Shown here piece after piece: positions 1 to 11,425 of a stretch of 64,000 bases of DNA. A model generated the notes under the pieces. That model made no database searches, was not told where the DNA came from, and saw only the letters and a program-made list of their open reading frames with translations. The DNA is from Octopus vulgaris (Eukaryota), in contig OX597817.1 of NCBI GenBank assembly GCA_951406725.2, positions 15,624,001 to 15,688,000 on the forward strand. The letters run 5' to 3'. The translations under genes were made by a program, and so were the position numbers. Position 1 is the first letter of the stretch. Every line of letters starts with the position of its first letter.

Positions 1-512
1 GATTAATTAATTAATTTTACCCTTTATTATTATTGATAATATAATTCTGATAGTTAACTACAGTTTTTTTCTGTAGAGTTTTACTCATTAGCACACGTGG
101 GTGAGCGAGGAGGAGTACGAGATCTCATTCGTCTGTTTGAATTCGGAAGTACTGGTCGTTGGATGTATGTTGTCTGATGACGCCTGCTCAGATAAGTATG
201 TTTAATTTTTGCAGTGCTCTCAAATTTAAAATCTTGAATTTCTGTACTGAAGAGGAGAATGATAGAGTGAAAATGTGATTTTACATTTTTCACATCTATC
301 TAACTCTGAAACGCGTATACAGTTAATCAAAGCCGGGTGGGTTCGTTATTTTTTTCTCTTTACCTGCGTTGTTGAGTATTGGTGTCTGGGAGATTTTCTT
401 ATGGTAATGAAATAGTTAGTTTTAACTGCTATTTCAAATTTTCAGTGTGTGGTGAAGCAAATTTTTGCTGAACCCTAATTATAACTATACTCATAATTAT
501 AATATATATATA

Positions 513-1706
513 TGTAGCGAATCTTGCATGCATGAAGTGGATTCGATCCACTGTAGCCAAATTTAAACTAACACTGCTACAGAACTTTTCCCATGATGGA
601 ACAATGGTTTTTCTCTGACAGCAGTTTTTACATTTTCCAGATGCCTTTTAGCTAGGCCGAAATAATGTCTTCACCACTTACTTGACCCTTTCTAACCTCT
701 TCAACTTCACCAAAAGCTAGAATAGATAACAAGACCACCAACTAAATCCATTGTTCTCAATGATATATCTATCCTTCTGGATTTTAAGCAAAAATCAGTT
801 AGTCACCAACCGGTGACGACTCAGTGAGGTCTGGCTGACCAACCTTGGTCCGAGGGAGAAAGCGACTGTGAGACAACACCCTATAATTCTCTCTAGCTCT
901 AATTCTGTTCTCTTACAACATCATTCTAGCTCTCTCTCTCTGAAATTACTACTAACTATTCGCATACGCCAAACTATGTAACGAAACATTCTACAGTAAC
1001 AAACTTTACTTCGCATGCTTTTGGATTTATCACAACCTGCCTGTCGAGGCAAGGTATTGTAACGTAACGGTAAATAAATTTGAAGGCGGCGAGCTGGCAG
1101 AAACGTTAGCACGCCGGGCGAAATGCGTAGCCGTATTTCGTCTGCCGTTACGTTCTGAGTTCAAATTCCTCCGAGGTCGACTTTGCCTTTCATCCTTTCG
1201 GGTCGATAAATTAAGTACCTGTTGCGCACTGGGGTCGATATAATCGACTTAATCCGTTTGTCTGTCCTTGTTCGTAAAAAAAAAAAAAAAAATCCGGCGG
1301 CGAGCTGGCAGAAACGTTAGCACGCCGGGCGAAATGCTTAGCAGTATTTCGTCTGCCGTTACGTTCTGAGTTCAAATTCCGCCGAGGTCGACTTTGCCTT
1401 TCATCCTTTCGGGGTCGATAAATTAAGTACCAATTACGCACTGGGGTCCATATAATCGACTTAATCCGTTTGTCTGTCCTTGTTTGTCCCCTCTGTGTTT
1501 AGCCCCTTGTGGGTAGTAAAGAAATAGGTAAATAAATACTTCCTTTAAACTTCATGAATTGTCCATCTTACACATCCTACAGTATGCAATGACAACAAAT
1601 TTTTATCGTCACAGCTGTTGCTGACAACATCATCGTAGCATTGTTAACCAATCAATATCTACCGTTACGATTGGTAATTGTACCAAATCAATGTATTTCC
1701 GTTACA
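513..1706. mobile_element. possible solo LTR interrupted by a SINE dimer
   Basis: Begins TGTAGCGAA and ends TCCGTTACA (TG..CA, imperfect terminal inverted repeat) between TA-rich tracts; no clean TSD. Confidence 0.3.
1084..1526 (+). mobile_element. SINE family M, head-to-tail dimer with poly(A) linker
   Basis: GGCGAGCTGGCAGAAACGTTAG head, B-box-like GAGTTCAAATTCC, core GTCGACTTTGCCTTTCATCCTTTCGGGGTCGATAAATTAAGTACC; flanking repeat GGTAAATAAAT at 1069-1079 and 1527-1537. Confidence 0.85.
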
Positions 1707-1843
1707 TAATATATACATATATATCACCGTGACCGACCAGGCTATGAGGTGTTGTTACACATCGCTGGTCACAATGCGCTTCGCATTGTTTTAGCCTTCA
1801 AATGACGCCACCCCGCTGGCTAAGCGAGCAGGCCATATACATA

Positions 1844-1877
<34 letters not shown>

Positions 1878-1985
1878 AATTATAATCAAGGATAAAATCT
1901 ATATAGGATTTTATCAAGTAGCTAACGTGTCAAAACCAATTTAGGTAAAAATTAATACAACGTATCTAATTTTATAAATATAGTC

Positions 1986-2083
1986 ACTGAGTAACGCTAC
2001 ATGTCAGAAGAAGACGCCAAATGGTTCTAAAACTAGTTTTAGAGCCATTTGGCGTCTTCTTCTACCATGTGGCATTACTCAGT
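1986..2083. repeat. 98-bp near-perfect spacerless palindrome
   Basis: 49-bp arms with 5 mismatches, centred on AAAACTAGTTTT. Confidence 0.9.
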
Positions 2084-2269
2084 AGTTGCCCTTCTAATTT
2101 TCTAATTATATTAATAAAATCAAATACTTTGTGTGCATATATATATATATATATATAAAGTTAATCCAAACTCTTCATATATATAAAGTTAATCGGAGCT
2201 CTTCATCGGAAACATAGGAGAAAGAAAGATCCCGAGACGGGAGGACAGAGGAAAAAATTGCGGGTAGTC

Positions 2270-2350
<81 letters not shown>

Positions 2351-2536
2351 GCACACATGCACTAGACTACCCGTTGAGTGACCTGGAAATCTGAGTTTCC
2401 CATCAACGAAGTTTTGTTTCATGGGTTGTTTGTCTTTTCCAGGTTATTTCGCATGCTTTCAATGAATGTGACATTGAAATAAAGCGTAAACGGCTCATTT
2501 CCCCTGCTACCACGTAACAAGTATTTCGAGTCCTTT

Positions 2537-2915
2537 GTGGAGGCGCAATGGCCCAGTGGTTAGAGCAGCGGACTCGCGGTCGTAGGATCGCGGTTTCGAT
2601 TTCCAGGGCGTTGTGAGTGTTTATTGAGCGAAAACACCTAAAGCTCCACGAGGCTCCGGCAGGGATAGTGGTGATCCCTGCTGAACCCTTTCACCACAAC
2701 TTTCTCTCACTCTTACTTCCTGTTTCTGTTGTACCTGTATTTCAAAGGGCCGGCCTTGTCACTCTGTGTGTCATGCTGAATATCCCCGAGAACTACGTTA
2801 AGGGTACACGTGTCTGTGGAGTGCTCAGCCACTTACACGTTAATTTCACGAGCAGGCTGTTCCGTTGATCGGATCAACCGGAACCCTCGTCGTCGTAACC
2901 GACGGAGTGCTTCCC
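2537..2915 (+). mobile_element. tRNA-derived SINE family T
   Basis: A box TGGCCCAGTGG, B box GGTTTCGATT; 14-bp TSD ATTTCGAGTCCTTT (2523-2536/2916-2929); 5 copies in window. Confidence 0.9.
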
Positions 2916-4269
2916 ATTTCGAGTCCTTTACAGCGAATAGCTGTTACATGGTAGTAGGGCGTGCTTCAAACAGCATCCAAATCTTTGGAGCTGAGATACG
3001 TTGAATGCACTCGAAATAATTTTTGTAATGGTATTCCCTTGGGGTGATCTTTCGCTTTGACTCTCAGAACTGTCAGCCAGATCAGCTGGTTTTGTTCATT
3101 AATTTCCGTAACATTGTTTTATTTATTTACTTTTGTTTTAAAGTGAAAGAGAGGAGAAAGTGAATGTTGTATGAACGTGTATATGAAATGGACATGTGTG
3201 TGTATGTGTGTGTGAGGAAGAGAGAGAGAGAGAGAGAATACTACTTACACATACATGAGAACACACACGTTCACTTACTCGCTTTCACTCTTTTTCTCAC
3301 ACGCACACACATGCACACGTACATACAAAAAGGATGTACGCATATGTATTGGTATATGTATGTGTACATGACAAAGCACCCTTCACTCACTCTCTCTCTC
3401 TTTATCTCTTCCTCTCCTTTTCTCTCTCTTCCTCTTTTTCTCTCTTTCTCTCTCTCTCTCTATTTCACACACGCACACGTCTATTTTATATCACGTACAT
3501 ACGTCTTTCACTTTCAATTTAAGACAAAAGTAAATAAATAAATTTTTTTTACGGTAATTAACGACTTCAAAATAAATAAAAAAAGCTTTAAAATATTGTC
3601 TCTGCAAAGACAGCTAAAATATAAATATTTACTGTACAAACAACTTACAATTTTGAAATCACGTTTAGTTAAAAATATTTCTAAAAGACTAAAATATTGT
3701 GTACGTCAAAAGTCGACGTTTTTTTTTCTTAGAGAGGACGAAGACTATGTATGTGTATATGTCACAGATAACGGACGTGTGTTTATGTTGATTGACACGC
3801 CATAACATTCATTATATGCGTGTGTATTCTGTATGTGTTGACGTCACGGAAACAATTTTTTTGTCAAGAAATAAACAAAAATTGTGTTTATTCGTTTTCA
3901 TTAATAAATAGAGGTCCAAATGTCACGAACGTTTGTACTGTACTGTATAAAAATAGGTGTGCAAAAAAAATTAAGATAAAATATACTATTTCTGAGATAA
4001 TTCGGGTACAAACAAACATCCCTAAAGTTTTTGTATTATTAAGATAAATACATTTTAGCTATTCTAAAACCAAGTAAAAGAAAATTAATATTTTTGTGTC
4101 TGATGATCAGTAGTACGGTGGGAATAACGATTGGTTAGGCAACGAGCCAATTCATAAAAAAAAAATAATACAAAAGGCTTTTAAAATAACAGCACCGGTG
4201 ACAGCTCCAACAGAAGCAGCATCAACAACAACTCCAGGCCCGAATCCAAAGGAAGCTACACCAGAGGCG

Positions 4270-4600
4270 AGAACACAACCAGCACTCAAGTTCGGAAATA
4301 CATCGAGTCGGCCGAACTGCCTTTAAGCGGTGCCTGTACAACCACAGGTCCTCTTTCAGGGTTCTAGAAAGAAGTTATGTCGCATCCATTGCTAGCAACG
4401 TGCGGGGCCTTAAGAATAAAAGAACTCAATACAAATTAAATAGACGATCATAGAGTAGCCGGAGTCCTATATAAACGGAAGCGGACGGAGCAAGTTTTGC
4501 ATCGTAGAGCGGTCAAGGATCCTTAAAAACTCGTTTGACCCGGATTTCTCTAAGAGGAGATCTATAGTCTCTGTCTCCATTTCAAACGCTGGCTGGTGCA
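4270..4600 (+). pseudogene. Penelope-like element GIY-YIG endonuclease remnant
   Basis: Frameshifted translation KYIESAEL..KRCLYNHRSSFR..LKNKRTQYKLN.. matches the PLE YIG..FK.R..NH..SF pattern. Confidence 0.7.
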
Positions 4601-4775
4601 GGCGTGAAATTCCCCGTTCGTTGATTTGGGCTGTAAAAAGTATGTTTAAACCGGAACTAACCTAAAGGCGGAGATCCCTGTTCGCCTTTAGGTCCATAAG
4701 ATTTGCTATCCAGACCGGTCTAAGGGAGTTTTCTACCTCCAGTTTGAAGAGAGGCTATATGCCAGCGGCTATTGA

Positions 4776-4833
4776 AGTCTGACGAGTCGTCTATAAAGCT
4801 AGGCACTTTATGGAGGTGAAACCATTGGTTACT
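4776..4833 (+). ncRNA. degenerate minimal type I hammerhead ribozyme
   Basis: CTGACGA 4779-4785, ~12-bp stem II, GAAA 4818-4821, near-palindromic stem III ACCATTGGT, short stem I AGT/ACT. Confidence 0.6.
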
Positions 4834-5228
4834 CTGCGACCGAACATATATTTAATTTCATGTAAATACATTATTGCTCTAACTTTGAGAATGTGCTTTT
4901 TTTGGGGATATATGATCTACACACACACACACACAAATCGTCAGTGTATCGTATATCCGAAAAAGAAGCACACTCTAAACGATAGAGCAGTAATGGATCT
5001 ATATGCAATTAAGTATAATTATACTAGTTCTTGTTTCTAGCAATGTAGATGTTTTCATAACTCCTCAGTCACGTTTAGTGACGTTCGTTTTTGGTGCAAC
5101 ATTGCAAACTGCTATTTATATATATTTTCATATATATATATACATTAGCGAATCGCTAAATCAGCCAATTATTTAGATAACGAAGACATAAATACTAATG
5201 GCGAAGCTATTCCGGAAAGAGTCGAACA

Positions 5229-5299
5229 ATCGAGCTGTGTTAACTGATGAGGCAACGGAAATTGCCAAAACTAACGCACTAGTATTGAGAATTCTCGAT
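5229..5299 (+). ncRNA. type I hammerhead ribozyme with G12>A mutation
   Basis: CTGATGA-GGCAA/TTGCC-(A)AAA-CTA acgcac TAG-TA; stem I TTAA/TTGA plus ATCGAG/CTCGAT. Confidence 0.7.
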
Positions 5300-5435
5300 C
5301 GGTACTTTTCGGACGATTATGGTCCGTGTTAGTGAATATGCTTTTATGCATTAGAGCAGTTTAGGTCTTATATCTAACATTGTAGGTGTTTTCATAATAC
5401 CTAGACACATTTAGTGACATATCTGTTGTTTTATA

Positions 5436-5521
<86 letters not shown>

Positions 5522-6119
5522 AAAAAGTCAGAAAAAAGTAGAAAATGCTAAAATAATTTTATAAAAAACATTTCAGTACCGGTTTTAGCCATTGAGAAAA
5601 CAATTAAAGTATGGAAAACAATTAAATTTTGGAAAAATTAAAAGCAAATTTTTGGGGGGACTGCTATAATCACTGCTATAATCCACAACAAACCACTTTT
5701 AGGTCACTTGACCATTTAACACCCTACTACTATCATACTACCTACATTCCTTCTTATTCTCCCATCTCTTTCTCCTTCTTCTTCGTCTTCTTCCTCTCCG
5801 CCACCTCCTTCCTAACTTTACCACAATTGCTGTTTAGAATAATACCTACGCAAATTTTGTAAACAAAACATTAAAAAGAGATGTCTCAAGAATTCAATCA
5901 CTACTACCATCTACAACGGGTCACTTTCAGGGCACTTGACCATTTAACATACTACTATCATGGCACTCGCGCAGTCTTCTTCTTCTTCTTCTTCTTCTTC
6001 TTCTTCTTCTTCTTCTTCTTCTTCTTCTTGTATGTACGTATGTATACATACATACATATATATATATATTTGTATCTCTGCTGTAAGGCTTCATTTCCAC
6101 ATGCGCCAGCTTAATTCAA

Positions 6120-6477
6120 TTCGTCCTTAGTCGAAAGACACCTGTTGTTATGTCCAGTTATTGTTTTTATTGTATTTTCTGTTGTATTTATATTTGTGTA
6201 ACATTGTCCGTTTTTTCCGTCCTTGTTTTTCTATACATTCGCAGCTTTCTTTCAAGGAATCCAATGCTCTTAGCTTAGTTTTTCCTTGGGGCTGGCCAGA
6301 TTGGAGCAATCTCAAGAATAATCAGCCGAAATTGCGAAGATAATCTGGTGCTTCACTGAGGAAAGAAAACTTCGAATGACCCGTCCTTGTTTTCTTTGTA
6401 TCGTCTATCTGGATGTTTTGCTGTCCCTTTTTCTATCACCTAGCTGTCCGGATGTTTTGCGTTCTTTTCCCATTTTG

Positions 6478-6480
<3 letters not shown>
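6120..6480 (+). repeat. structured PLE-adjacent repeat, copy A
   Basis: Homologous to minus-strand copies at 8100-8340 and 9030-9200, with covarying stems. Confidence 0.65.
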
Positions 6481-6551
<71 letters not shown>

Positions 6552-6553
<2 letters not shown>

Positions 6554-6886
6554 CTTTTTACTCTTTTACTTGTTTCAGTCATTTGACTGCGGCCATGCTG
6601 GAGCACCGCCTTTAGTCGAGCAAATCGACCCCGGGACTTATTCTTTGTAAGCCCAGTACTTATTCTATCGGCCTCTTTTGCCGAACCGCTAAGTGACGGG
6701 GACGTAAATATACCAGCCAGCATCGGTTGTCAAGCAATGTTAGGGGGACAAACACAGACACACAAACACATACACACACATACATATATATATATACATA
6801 TATACGACAGGCTTCTTTCAGTTTCCGTATACCAAATCCACTCACAAGGCATTGGTCAGCCCGGGGCTATAGCAGAAGACACTTGC
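6552..6886 (-). mobile_element. SINE family S, 5'-truncated
   Basis: Tail GGCGGTGCTCCAGCATGGCCGCAGTCAAATGACTGAAAC and internal (TA)n(TG)n, as in the other copies. Confidence 0.9.
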
Positions 6887-6997
6887 AGGAGTGGCTGTGT
6901 GGTAAGGAGCTTGCTAACCAACCACATGGTTCCGGGTTCAGTCCCACTGCGTGGCATCTTGGGCAAGTGTCTTCTGCTATAGCCCCGGGCCGACCAA
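6885..6997 (+). mobile_element. SINE family S, head fragment
   Basis: GGAGTGGCTGTGTGGTAAG..GGTTCAGTCCC..CTTGGGCAAGT (tRNA head plus CORE-like start). Confidence 0.85.
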
Positions 6998-7715
6998 TGA
7001 GTGGACAAACAAAGTAAACGACACTCAACGAAGTTATTGTGAGTTACATGTATGGATAAAAACAGTGTGATTTAAGTTCGTTGGTTTCAAGCAATATGCT
7101 AGTCTTCAGCCATTTTAAATTTGAATAAAAGGAGTTGATAGTTATTACTGTAAGGTGGGTTGCAATTGGTCGAGGAAAGTCACGCGATGTCGTGGATTGA
7201 TGTTAGTATATTGGTATATCGGCGACAACAGTTAGTTGGAAAATACCGCATGGTGTACAGCAAATCGGTCGGGTTGTTAGACGGAAAGTAGGACGGAGAG
7301 GTATGTGCGAGCATATAGTTGTATATGTGGGCGTGTGGATACGATCTTATGGTATCCTCTTGTAAACACGTTTATAGAACGCGATTATCGTTGCAAACAT
7401 TGGCAAAAACATACCTTTAGTTCCTATAAGTGATTTCTACCATTCTATAAAATTCGACCTTTGTCTTCTAAAATTTCACTTCCACTAAATATATCTACTC
7501 TCAAGCCTTTAAGCTTTATTCCTATTCACCTATCGCTCTATATCTCTCCACTATTAGTTTTCTGCTAATTTGTTTCTTTTTCCTCCTTCTCTTTCTATAA
7601 ACTACTTTGACGTTATATCTTCTAACGGTTTAAAAAAAATTGCCACCTTTCCCTTCATCATATACGCAGTCATCACATTCTGTTAAAATATCTTATCTAT
7701 GTGCTTGGTTTCCTT

Positions 7716-7808
7716 CTTACCCTGATGAAAAAATTGCATTGTTTTACACCATTGTATTCCTTCTGGAATAATACCAATGTTTTCTTCGAAACATATGTCG
7801 GAAGTAAA
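7716..7808 (+). ncRNA. type I hammerhead ribozyme with long stem II
   Basis: CTGATGA 7722-7728, GAAA 7788-7791, palindromic stem III ACATATGT, GTC cleavage triplet; weak PLE C-terminal-like remnant (PFYKIRP..TLKP) at ~7390-7515. Confidence 0.65.
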
Positions 7809-8015
7809 ATGATTTGAATAATACCTGTGTTTAACTCCATTTATTTATTTATCTATATAATACAGACACATTTCACCTAAACCTGGCGTTTCTACCTTTA
7901 TAAGTAGGCTGTTACATCCTTGGTACTTGTGCGAATTTTTGCTACCCTGGTAACTATTTATTTATATATTTTTCCGTTATTTGTAAACATTGACAATACA
8001 CACACACATAAGCAC

Positions 8016-8060
<45 letters not shown>

Positions 8061-8099
8061 GTATGTATAAGAACAATTATATATATATATATATATACA

Positions 8100-9200
8100 T
8101 ATAAAACACAACATGCAGAAAAATAGACGATAACATAACACAGCAAACACGACAAAAACAAGATACACGGATCATTCCCAGCCGATTTCCTCATAAGAGT
8201 CCGGGACGTCCTAGTAGTTTCGTGCCCTTTTATCTCCGAGACTACTCGAATCCGGCGAGCGTCAGGGACTTAAGCTAAAAGCATTAAGCCTCTGGGAAAG
8301 GCAAACGAATGTATACAAGAACGAAAACAAGAACGTTCAAAAAACGAGACAGCTAGCATTATACAAGTATAACAGAACGCCTTTCGGATATACAATAGAA
8401 GGAAAAAAAGATTGTATATACGAATACAAATAAATAAATAACAGAAAGGGTCTTTCGATTATCGGACGAACGTAACGTTATGAAATAATAATGCAAATGC
8501 AACAGAAAAAGAAGTATATATATATAATGGACAAACGCTTTTCGGCTATACAGCAAAAGGAAAATAACTGTACAATTACAACACAAATAAATAACAAAAA
8601 GGGTCTTTCGACTATCAGGCGAACGTAGTAAGCTGGTGCAAAGAAAAAATGGGAAGTCTTAACAGACCGGGCGTGAGGACAGACGGACGTGACCAGCCTG
8701 AAAGGCGGCTGGTCGAAAGAAGACGACAATGCCTTAGCAGGACAGCGATCACGTGGTAGGAGAGGGAAGGAGTTGAAGAGGGCAGAGGGACTAAGGAATA
8801 GCAGAGTGGAGAACTTAATCAGAGGGACTAAAGAATGAGAGGGAGGGAGAGAGAGGGGGTAAAGAGAGAGAAAAGTTACAAGGGAGGTAAGGGAGGAAGG
8901 AAAGCAATGGGATTGAAGAAAAAGAGGGAGGGGAAAGGAAGAGAGGGTGATAGTCGTACATAATATTCAAGGAATGTATTTTCTAGCAAAATAAACAACA
9001 GGTTGTACGGAGTACCACATGGATAAATCAAAGGTCGGACAGAAAGAACACAACAAGCGGAAATCAACAAAACACAACGTGCGGAAAAGTAGACGATAGC
9101 ATAACACGGCAACAAGACAAAAACATGTAACACGGATCATTCACAGCCGATTCCCTCCTCAGTCGGAGTCCGGCAAGTCCTTGTAGATTCGCGCTCACAA
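8100..9200 (-). repeat. structured PLE-adjacent repeat, copies B (8100-8340) and C (9030-9200), with internal ~155-bp repeats
   Basis: Reverse complement aligns to 6120-6480; direct repeats at ~8378-8480 and ~8535-8630; hairpin GACCAGCC/GGCTGGTC at 8691-8714. Confidence 0.6.
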
Positions 9201-9374
9201 TCTCTTCCTTCCTCACGTTGTGACTAACTTTTAAATACACAAAGAAGAAAGGTCAAGCGCAAGAGATTCTTTCCATTAGACCACTATCCGGAATCTGCCC
9301 AGTAACAGGGTTTCAGTAGGAATCAGCTGAAGTATAAGCAGAGTCCGAAAAATTCTGTTCTGGAATTTAAGATT

Positions 9375-9700
9375 TTCCCCGTGTTTTCAAAAACTTGGTG
9401 AAGGGTGTCTGCAAGAGGATTTCGAATCTGTCCTCTAGCCAACAAATTTTTGATGCAGCAGCCCCCTACTTTAACGAGGCCCTAGCTGCTAGCGGGTTTG
9501 GGGACTGCATCTCCTACATCTCGCAGAAGGAAGCGCCACAGAAATATCGTTTTGTTTGCTCCCCCACCAACCTACTCCCTTAGCGTAAAAACATGTCTAG
9601 GTAGGATATTCCTTAGGCTAATAGATAAGCACATAGGAACGGACGTCTATACAACAGATACAACCTGAGAGTCTCTTTTAGCTGCGCCCCTAATAGTAAG
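9375..9700 (+). pseudogene. Penelope-like element RT-thumb/linker remnant
   Basis: KRISNLSSSQQIFDAAAPYFNEALAASGF..PYSLSVKTCLGRIFLRLIDKH..VSFSCAPN, a typical PLE linker. Confidence 0.8.
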
Positions 9701-9789
9701 AGTAATAGTAACGCTAATAGGGATTTCTTATTTTCTTATTGTCATATTTCTTATTTCTTATTTTCCAGATAGCCGGTCGCTTGACTGTT

Positions 9790-10450
9790 CAGGAGCCAGC
9801 TAAGATAGCAAGCACGCTATGAGGCGTGGATTTCCATTGTTTTGGGTCTGAGATGGTGGCGTGCATGGAAAGGTAAGCATGCAACACTACGTCCGGAGAC
9901 AATAAAAAGTTGTCAAGCAAAGCTGATGACCACGGGCTCTGTGAACGATGCTACAAGTGGCCGTTCAACCACATTCCGAACGTGGCAACTATGCAGGAAG
10001 TGACCGCAAAAATCAACTGGTCAAACAGCTTGTGAAAGTGGACTAACAAGACATACAATATGTATGGTGTAACATAAAGAATTGAATTTTTGTCCATGGA
10101 AACCCCATTGCGTGCAGGAGCTAACACCTGAAGACCACAGAAGTTCAGAAGTCCAGAAATCCAAGAAATCCAGATCTCACTCCATGTGATTGTGGGGTTA
10201 CACAAAAGAGGTGTACAAGACAAAACCATGCACACTGGAGGACTCGGAGACACGGAATCAGGAGGTTCTCAATGATATCCCAGACGACGTCCTTCAGAAA
10301 GTTGTTCATTCCAGCCTTGGCTGTTTGAGGAAGATGGTTGATGCCACCGGTTCTTACGTTAAAATATGAAGATTTACTTTCATTTTCCTATGTAATAAAC
10401 AATATGTATCATTTGTTTCAATAAATTTGTAAAAGGAATATGGATTTTAT
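9790..10450 (+). pseudogene. Tc1/mariner transposase remnant
   Basis: PDLTPCD..WGY..EVYKTKPCTLED..VLNDIPDDVLQKVVHS C-terminal motif, with frameshifts. Confidence 0.7.
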
Positions 10451-10597
10451 TACCAATTTTTAATGCCTCTTTCGTTTTTCAACTTTACAAGCATGCAATC
10501 TGGGCTAATGCATATAGAGGAAGGTGTTTTTTGTAATGGTGTTGAATATTTCCGATTTAATTTCGAATTTAGAATTCAAAGAAAAGATCGCCTCTGG

Positions 10598-10803
10598 ATT
10601 TTGAGATGTTCTGTGTTTCTTTCAATTACTTTAAATATAACAAAGAATTTAGTAAAATAACTTAGTTATCATTAAGCTTGTATTAGGAACTTAAATTGTG
10701 ACTATGGTTTGGTGGAAGATTTTAATTGAAACCTTAAGAAAACAAGACATTTGTACAACAGAGCCAGAGCCGGTTTCAGCCGGGTTGGTAACAAAAGGGT
10801 TAA
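10598..10803. mobile_element. piggyBac-like MITE fragment
   Basis: Ends GGTAACAAAAGGG followed by TTAA; left terminus not found. Confidence 0.45.
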
Positions 10804-10864
10804 ACGGAAGGTCGTGATTAGTCAAATTGTGTCGATCACGCGCCGAATATTCTAACGAATCAGG

Positions 10865-11235
10865 GTGGTGAGCTGGCAGAAACGTTAGCTCGCCGGGCGA
10901 AATGCTTAGCGGTATTTCGTCTGCCGTTACATTCTGAGTTCAAATTCCTCCGAGGTCGACTTTGCCTTTCATCCTTTCGGGGTCGATTAAATAAGTACCA
11001 GTTACGCACTAGGGTCGATATAATCGACTTAATCCGTTTGTCTGTCCTTGTTTGTCCTCTGTGCTTAGCCCCTTGTGGGCAGTAAAGAAATAGGTATTTC
11101 GTCTACCTTTACGTTCTGAGTCCAAACTCCGCCGACGTCGACTTTGCCTTTCATCATTTCGGGGTCGATTAAACCCTTGGTCTATCCTCGTTTGTCCGCT
11201 TGACGTTTAACCCCCTGTAGGCAACGTTAGAAATA
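10865..11235 (+). mobile_element. SINE family M with internally repeated unit
   Basis: 19-bp TSD AATATTCTAACGAATCAGG (10846-10864/11236-11254). Confidence 0.9.
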
Positions 11236-11377
11236 AATATTCTAACGAATCAGGACATCGAACGATTGCTGAACATTCCCGTTACAAATCAATTTTAAAT
11301 CCCGCTGCACACCACTTAAAAACCATTTAAATATATGTACCCAGTAAATATATTTTATCGATGTCTAATCTTTGTGT

Positions 11378-11425
<48 letters not shown>

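Noticed and set aside
1-420. PLE coding remnant and CTGATGA at 174-180
   Set aside because: No diagnostic protein motif and no hammerhead stems found.
2537-2610. tRNA gene
   Set aside because: tRNA-like head of a multi-copy SINE with TSD; no complete cloverleaf.
4660-4693. Hairpin ACCTAAAGGCG/CGCCTTTAGGT as SECIS or terminator
   Set aside because: Lacks the AUGA/GA core and apical AA; single copy, so no supporting covariation.
6325-6385. Canonical type II hammerhead or SECIS in the structured repeat
   Set aside because: Stem II does not pair in any copy, and the tandem GA pairs are not conserved in copies B and C; kept only as an unassigned structure.
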